Origin: a virus
Taxonomy: Duplodnaviria > Caudoviricetes
Strand: one strand, 5' to 3'
DNA: 40,720 nt
Virus record (IMG/VR): IMGVR_UViG_3300044513_002776
Location: 1-40,720 of that record
The translations under genes and the position numbers were made by a program. Positions 38,001 through 40,720 of this stretch are shown here, in pieces. Each line of letters starts with the position of its first letter. The first letter of the stretch is position 1. Under the pieces are notes generated by a model that saw only the letters and a list, made by a program, of their open reading frames with translations, was not told the DNA's origin and ran no database searches.

Positions 38001-39217
38001 AAAGAAAAGTTAAGATTCTGCATAGCAATCATTGTATGCATAGCACTTCCAATAATGTTACTATTGAAGGAGTTATTTCGGAAGTTTCTGATACTTATCT
38101 AACAGCATCAATTTCGGATTCGGATACCAGTATTAGTGTTAATGATGCATCTGCATTCCACAAGACTATTAATGGTATTTCGATTAGCAGCAGCAATGTT
38201 GGATATATCAAGATTGATGATGAGATTATGTCATACTCTGCTATTAGTAATGATAACAAGACAATCACAGTTCATGAAAGGGGATTGGATGGAACAACTG
38301 CAGTTGCTCATGCGGATGAAAGTGTTGTTGCATGTTATAACTTAGATGGTGTTCCTCTTGTGGAAATCAATAAAACACATACTGGAATTCTGAATCCAAC
38401 CCTCGATAGTTATGAGTTAGCGACAAGTTCTATCGCAAGACTTGGAATTAGAGGAGGTGGAACATCTATAGTTGCTTCTCAGAATATTCAATATTCTACT
38501 TTAGTTCCATCTATCGAAAAACTCATTCTTCCTGGAACTGCATTAAATGCAAGAATCAACGTAATTAGCGGCACTTCTATTAATGATGGGTCTTCCTTAA
38601 ATCAAGCGTCATTCTCTAATGATGGTGTATTTACTGATGTAATCTTGAGTGAAGATAATTACTTACAGCATCCTGCTTTAATTTGTTCTAATATTAATGA
38701 ATCTTCTGAACTTAGTGGTGCTAAGTCTTTTAGAATGGATATCTCTCTTACTAGTAATGACGAGAAACTTTCTCCAATCATCGACACCGATAGAATGTCT
38801 TCTATCTTAGTAAGTAACAGAATTAATAATCCAACCAACTTTAATTCTGCAAAACTTTCTGTTGGTGATGAGCATGATGCAGTATATATTTCTCGTGTTG
38901 CTAATCTTGTAAATCCATCTGGTTCGATTAAGGTTATCTTTGCGGGTTACCGTCCACCCAACACTCAAATTAAAGTGCTATATAGAACACGCCCAGTTGG
39001 TTCTGCGGCATCGATTGAAACTTATGGTTTTGAATTCATGCCAACAGAAAATGCTTCTATTCCATCAACTACAGAGAGAATTATTTTCTCTGATTATGAA
39101 TATGAAGTAACTGGTTTAAACTTTAATCAATACCAGATTAAGATTTTGTTTGTCTCACCAGACCAAGCAAAAGTACCAGTCATCCAAGATTTGAGAGTAA
39201 TCGCACTTGCTGTATAA
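32006..39217 (+). CDS. large virion structural protein, VrlC/DUF4815-like (2403 aa)
   Basis: PYYDDFD..KNFYRVLFRPG.PIQARELT..QS.LQ.Q, APGAHR, RTYEESGDY, RRYTMRDIG.LE.R, KNGFIVDDF, DPLAQSF and FKSQNASTW...Q.EDLKF; TAATG-coupled to gp8. Confidence 0.88.
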   Translation: MAQNTNLNVTPYYDDFDKAKNFYRVLFRPGFPIQARELTTMQSLLQNQVESVGSHLFKDGAMVIPGQVGYDLNVAAIMLQESFLGADVELYRSQLTGKIITGLATGVKAKVLYSISSAESDKNYITLYVKYIESGGEQNTQQTFGNNEQLVTDAEITFGTTLIEIGSPFAQLLPTAAIQTGSVAYIQTGVYYIRGFFVDVPYQYILLDQYGSNPSYRIGLNIQESIITPEDDLSLNDNAAGTSNYAAPGAHRFRITTSLVKKLLTDEADKDFLELLRINNSKVEKLVDRSAYEELEKSLALRTYEESGDYVVKDFGIKVRQNLNDGFNNGIYSTGATTFSGSTASEDKYAVEFGPGTAYVRGYRIKTLSPTYIDLDKPRDTLSAQNTIIPFEVGNYSTVNNVYGFPNVSGGSVSNAYQTIELRDAVTVTPGTATGNLIGYARVAAFEHTGNPDSTFGNADDTYKCNLFDIQMLTVLELASNQSISQGSLLIGASSGARAYLVDAIVSDDHIIVYQVEGQFELGEMINVDGENLDTLEAVHYYQYSDTRQLIARDESTQAVEFSADVLLEDIVIVQGSTFTLTTSGTPSIKGLNSNFALDLRVGDRIYFNNTQYVTVNKVDPTDLTNTVSSTVFDYANQTVNVTLPSAPAAPAAGDYSAALRYRTKLFDIENANLFSPMPKKYISAISDESMVVRRTFDAQTVAANSISITLPENEQFESITDENYTFTVLAGTNSTHPVGDQITINTTNSGAVGYTTFTSNDRTTLQIENLTNITSVKVTATVSKNVATRKTKSGNEMFVLKVIKTTKNLDKQNYNLAYSNLYGTRIEDRDISLGLTDVYRLHAVYESNDDNDPVIPSLTLVEPVFFANGTIVTGRTSKARAKVVNFSSGTLKLSIVYISGVFQAGETIDGFDSNGSTISAIINDSVGSVVAGSKVITDNYYLEVAQTGFMYDCSKIVRKKGVATPIRKILVVVDYYTHSSTGDYFGGQSYLDTSYTDIPFFGVDFLADYLDFRPAVKNLFSGTGSVASPAFVNCSTFDFKSRVFTNSGSPTSTIFDIPKQNSNFRCDFSWYLPRVDKCFISPDGNFSVIKGKSAEQPVEPDNLVDGMLLATLSHKPYGFDPEADVVIKRSDNRRYTMRDIGALERRLDQVEYYTSLNMLETDTFNTRIIDADGKDRLKNGFIVDDFADHSKSDTAHEDFSASLDFQRGECRPSHYTTNVPLVINNNLSTNIQQTGPIITLPYTETTIISQPYASRVENVNPFNVFTYIGRITLNPSSDDWIDTTRLPQNVIQIEGDFESVSSELNVDQNGFAPIQWGAWRTNWTGETTISSTTTRNSGWLEEDRGRSPSPGVWGGRGMRRVNRTSTIESIQRQSRSGIRSRVVPRIDRQSLGDSTVSTSVIPWIRSRNIEVDVARLKPRTQFFSFFDNQKIDGYIVPKLIEIIKDPDVDTRTNSTPFVIGETVIGQTSGCRFKVTAPNDFYEFNPYTDATLPESYSSTTEYLNIDTDALAEQAVGTFYGNFQIGEVLLGSSGARAVVKDRRLITDRFGKVKSSFFVPSPALDTNPRWATGTRTVRLTTSETDSRLGGAVASSAETIYEASGTLNTVQENVLAVRNAEIVRDTVTSDRTIRSTRTESRQIGWYDPLAQSFISDETGGVFLTSVDVFFFAKDDNIPISMQIRTMENGYPTTNILPFSDVTLEPSQVLLSETAAVATRFTFAAPVYIPQSVEHCFVLLSDSNSYQVWISRMGEIDITGDRTISEQPYAGVLFKSQNASTWTADQYEDLKFNIQRASFVTTENSTLILNNSALDIGNGGKLNLRRDAVQTFVPEIQLQLNSTTLPYTNGARIYQKTTLAEGTITNVTVGISGVILTVNDITGTFAAGSNTGGVITNRIVSSKTTATMVVSAPTGDFTEGETITGSSATSPTAEVVTWDNGTNTLTLRYVSTDFDTITPETISGGESGVSASVSSVTYAGDAIESSAVSDSYPTASPTYSSAQRKVKILHSNHCMHSTSNNVTIEGVISEVSDTYLTASISDSDTSISVNDASAFHKTINGISISSSNVGYIKIDDEIMSYSAISNDNKTITVHERGLDGTTAVAHADESVVACYNLDGVPLVEINKTHTGILNPTLDSYELATSSIARLGIRGGGTSIVASQNIQYSTLVPSIEKLILPGTALNARINVISGTSINDGSSLNQASFSNDGVFTDVILSEDNYLQHPALICSNINESSELSGAKSFRMDISLTSNDEKLSPIIDTDRMSSILVSNRINNPTNFNSAKLSVGDEHDAVYISRVANLVNPSGSIKVIFAGYRPPNTQIKVLYRTRPVGSAASIETYGFEFMPTENASIPSTTERIIFSDYEYEVTGLNFNQYQIKILFVSPDQAKVPVIQDLRVIALAV

Positions 39218-39453
39218 TGCCTAATATTCCTGTAAAAGATGCAGACCATTGGTTTAGAGACTCAGGTTCTGGGTCTCTACAATGTTCGAACAAAACGGAA
39301 TATGAAAAATATATGGCAGCATACAAATCTTCAAAGGTAAAAGAAGGAGAATTCAAGACTTTACAAAATGAAGTTTCTGAGTTAAAATCTGAACTGGGTG
39401 ATATCAAATCACTTCTACTAACGTTAGTCCAAAATAAAAATCATGACAGTTGA
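39217..39453 (+). CDS. small hypothetical protein with C-terminal coiled coil (78 aa)
   Basis: TAATG coupling to the upstream gene; heptads LQNEVSELKSELGDIKSLL. Confidence 0.8.
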   Translation: MPNIPVKDADHWFRDSGSGSLQCSNKTEYEKYMAAYKSSKVKEGEFKTLQNEVSELKSELGDIKSLLLTLVQNKNHDS

Positions 39454-39652
39454 AAAGGTTTCGCAAGAAGATATGCTTGCACAATTTAAGCAGCGTTATG
39501 CTGCAATGATTGAAGAAAATCAAAAACTCGCAGCAAAAATTAAAGAGAACGAGGTTACAGCACTTAAACTTCAAGGTGCTATCGAAACTCTCGAATACTA
39601 TGGAACTAAGGAAGAAACTGAAACTGTAGATGAAGTTGATTCTGAAGAGTGA
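39443..39652 (+). CDS. small coiled-coil hypothetical protein (69 aa)
   Basis: Overlaps the upstream stop; KLQGAIETLE helix and acidic tail; followed by a terminator. Confidence 0.8.
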   Translation: MTVEKVSQEDMLAQFKQRYAAMIEENQKLAAKIKENEVTALKLQGAIETLEYYGTKEETETVDEVDSEE

Positions 39653-39657
39653 TTCTT

Positions 39658-39679
39658 GGGGCACATTGCCCCTTTTTTT
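39658..39679 (+). terminator. rho-independent terminator
   Basis: GGGGCA-CAT-TGCCCC stem-loop followed by T7, 5 nt after the stop at 39652. Confidence 0.85.
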
Positions 39680-39685
39680 ATTGAC

Positions 39686-39692
39686 ATAAATA
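39686..39692 (+). promoter_or_regulatory. T4-type late promoter ATAAATA
   Basis: cATAAATA immediately after the terminator, 36 nt before ATG39729. Confidence 0.75.
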
Positions 39693-39728
39693 ACTCAGAA
39701 GCATTAACTACTCGGGTTGTCGTAACAA

Positions 39729-40720
39729 ATGGCAAATAGAATTCAATTAAGAAGAGGTGGCGCTCAGGAATGGGCGAACGCTAACCCTACGCTTGCTCAA
39801 GGCGAATTAGGAATTGAACTTGATACGGGTCGTATCAAAATTGGTGATGGTGTTTCTCCGTGGAATACACTGAGATATGAGCGTCCTGTTGAATCTACTT
39901 CCAATACAGCAAATACTCTTGTGCAAAGAGATGCTGATGGTAACTTTTCTGCGGGTACGATTACTGCAACTCTGATTGGTAATTCTTCTACTGCTGCTCG
40001 TCTCGCATCTACTCGTCAGATTCAACTCTCTGGAGACGTTACTGCTTCTGGTGTATTTGATGGTTCTCAGAACTTGAACTTAAGTTCTAACTTAGGTTTA
40101 GTTTCTACCTTACCCCATTACGATGGCACAAATGTTCCAACAGGAACTTATACCAAGTTAGAGGTTGATGCAAAAGGTAGAATTGTTAATGCTTCCAATC
40201 CAACAACTATTCAAGACTATGGATTGAATACAAACATCGAAGGTACTGGTGCTCAACCATATGACTTAGACCTATCTTCGCTTGCTGCACTAACAACTAC
40301 GGGTATTATTTCAAGAACCAGTAATGGTAATATCCAAACAAGAACAATTACAGGTACTGCTACTCGTATCGATGTTAGTAATGGTGGTGGTATTAGTGGT
40401 AATCCAATTATCGACCTTATTGCTACAACTGTAGTACCAGGGGACTACAATACTGAGTCTCTTACATCCGTAACTGCATTAGGTCCTGCTAACGAACCTT
40501 TTGGTACAGAAACCGTAAACGCTGCGAAATTTACGGTCGATGCTTATGGTCGTTTGACATCTGCTACAAACGTACCTATTGCTACTGCTACTGAAGGCAG
40601 TAAGTATGCTACATATAATGCTGGGGCAACTTATTCCCGATATGACATCATCGAAGAAGGTGGTAACGTCTATCAAGCCATTCAAGATATTCTTGCGGGC
40701 GCTGGTGCCCCAGCTCATAC
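39729..40720 (+). CDS. tail fibre-like protein, 5' part (runs off the window end)
   Basis: MANRIQLRRGGAQEWANANPTLAQGELGIELDTGRIKIGDG..PWN.L (Mtd-N/hyaluronidase-type fibre N-terminus); fibre motifs LVQRDADGNF, TYTKLEVDAKGRI and FTVDAYGRLT; frame open to 40720. Missed by the ORF track. Confidence 0.88.
   Translation, partial: MANRIQLRRGGAQEWANANPTLAQGELGIELDTGRIKIGDGVSPWNTLRYERPVESTSNTANTLVQRDADGNFSAGTITATLIGNSSTAARLASTRQIQLSGDVTASGVFDGSQNLNLSSNLGLVSTLPHYDGTNVPTGTYTKLEVDAKGRIVNASNPTTIQDYGLNTNIEGTGAQPYDLDLSSLAALTTTGIISRTSNGNIQTRTITGTATRIDVSNGGGISGNPIIDLIATTVVPGDYNTESLTSVTALGPANEPFGTETVNAAKFTVDAYGRLTSATNVPIATATEGSKYATYNAGATYSRYDIIEEGGNVYQAIQDILAGAGAPAH

Noticed and set aside
39681-39710. TTGACA as a sigma70 -35 box
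   Set aside because: No good TAnnnT -10 at 16-18 nt spacing; it overlaps a clear late-promoter motif after a U-tract.

Overview
An AT-rich, gene-dense window, with all credible genes on the + strand, covering the virion baseplate/tail module of a large T4-like myovirus. It is most likely a marine cyanophage (Kyanoviridae-type; inferred from gene order and protein styles). Gene order: small hypothetical genes (one AbrB/MazE-like), a Cys-rich structural gene split by an apparent +1 frameshift, a PAAR-type spike-tip protein, a small basic KRYRGQG protein, gp25, gp6, a giant 6158-aa gp7-like wedge protein, a gp9/gp10-N-terminal protein ending in a cupredoxin-like domain, a 1387-aa YHYH-related structural protein, gp8, a 2403-aa VrlC/DUF4815-like protein, two small coiled-coil genes, an intrinsic terminator and the start of a tail fibre gene. 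T4-type late promoter motifs (ATAAATA) punctuate the module. The most striking observation is a tandem array of helical repeats in gp7 (about 19366-22970) that align by eye with phycobiliprotein subunits, including PGGN, the C-x-x-D chromophore site and a beta-153-like second Cys. Two neighbouring virion proteins carry complete blue-copper ligand sets, and gp7 has a canonical EF-hand loop. No tRNA, rRNA, CRISPR array or mobile element was recognised. All family assignments are by-eye motif recognition, not database searches.
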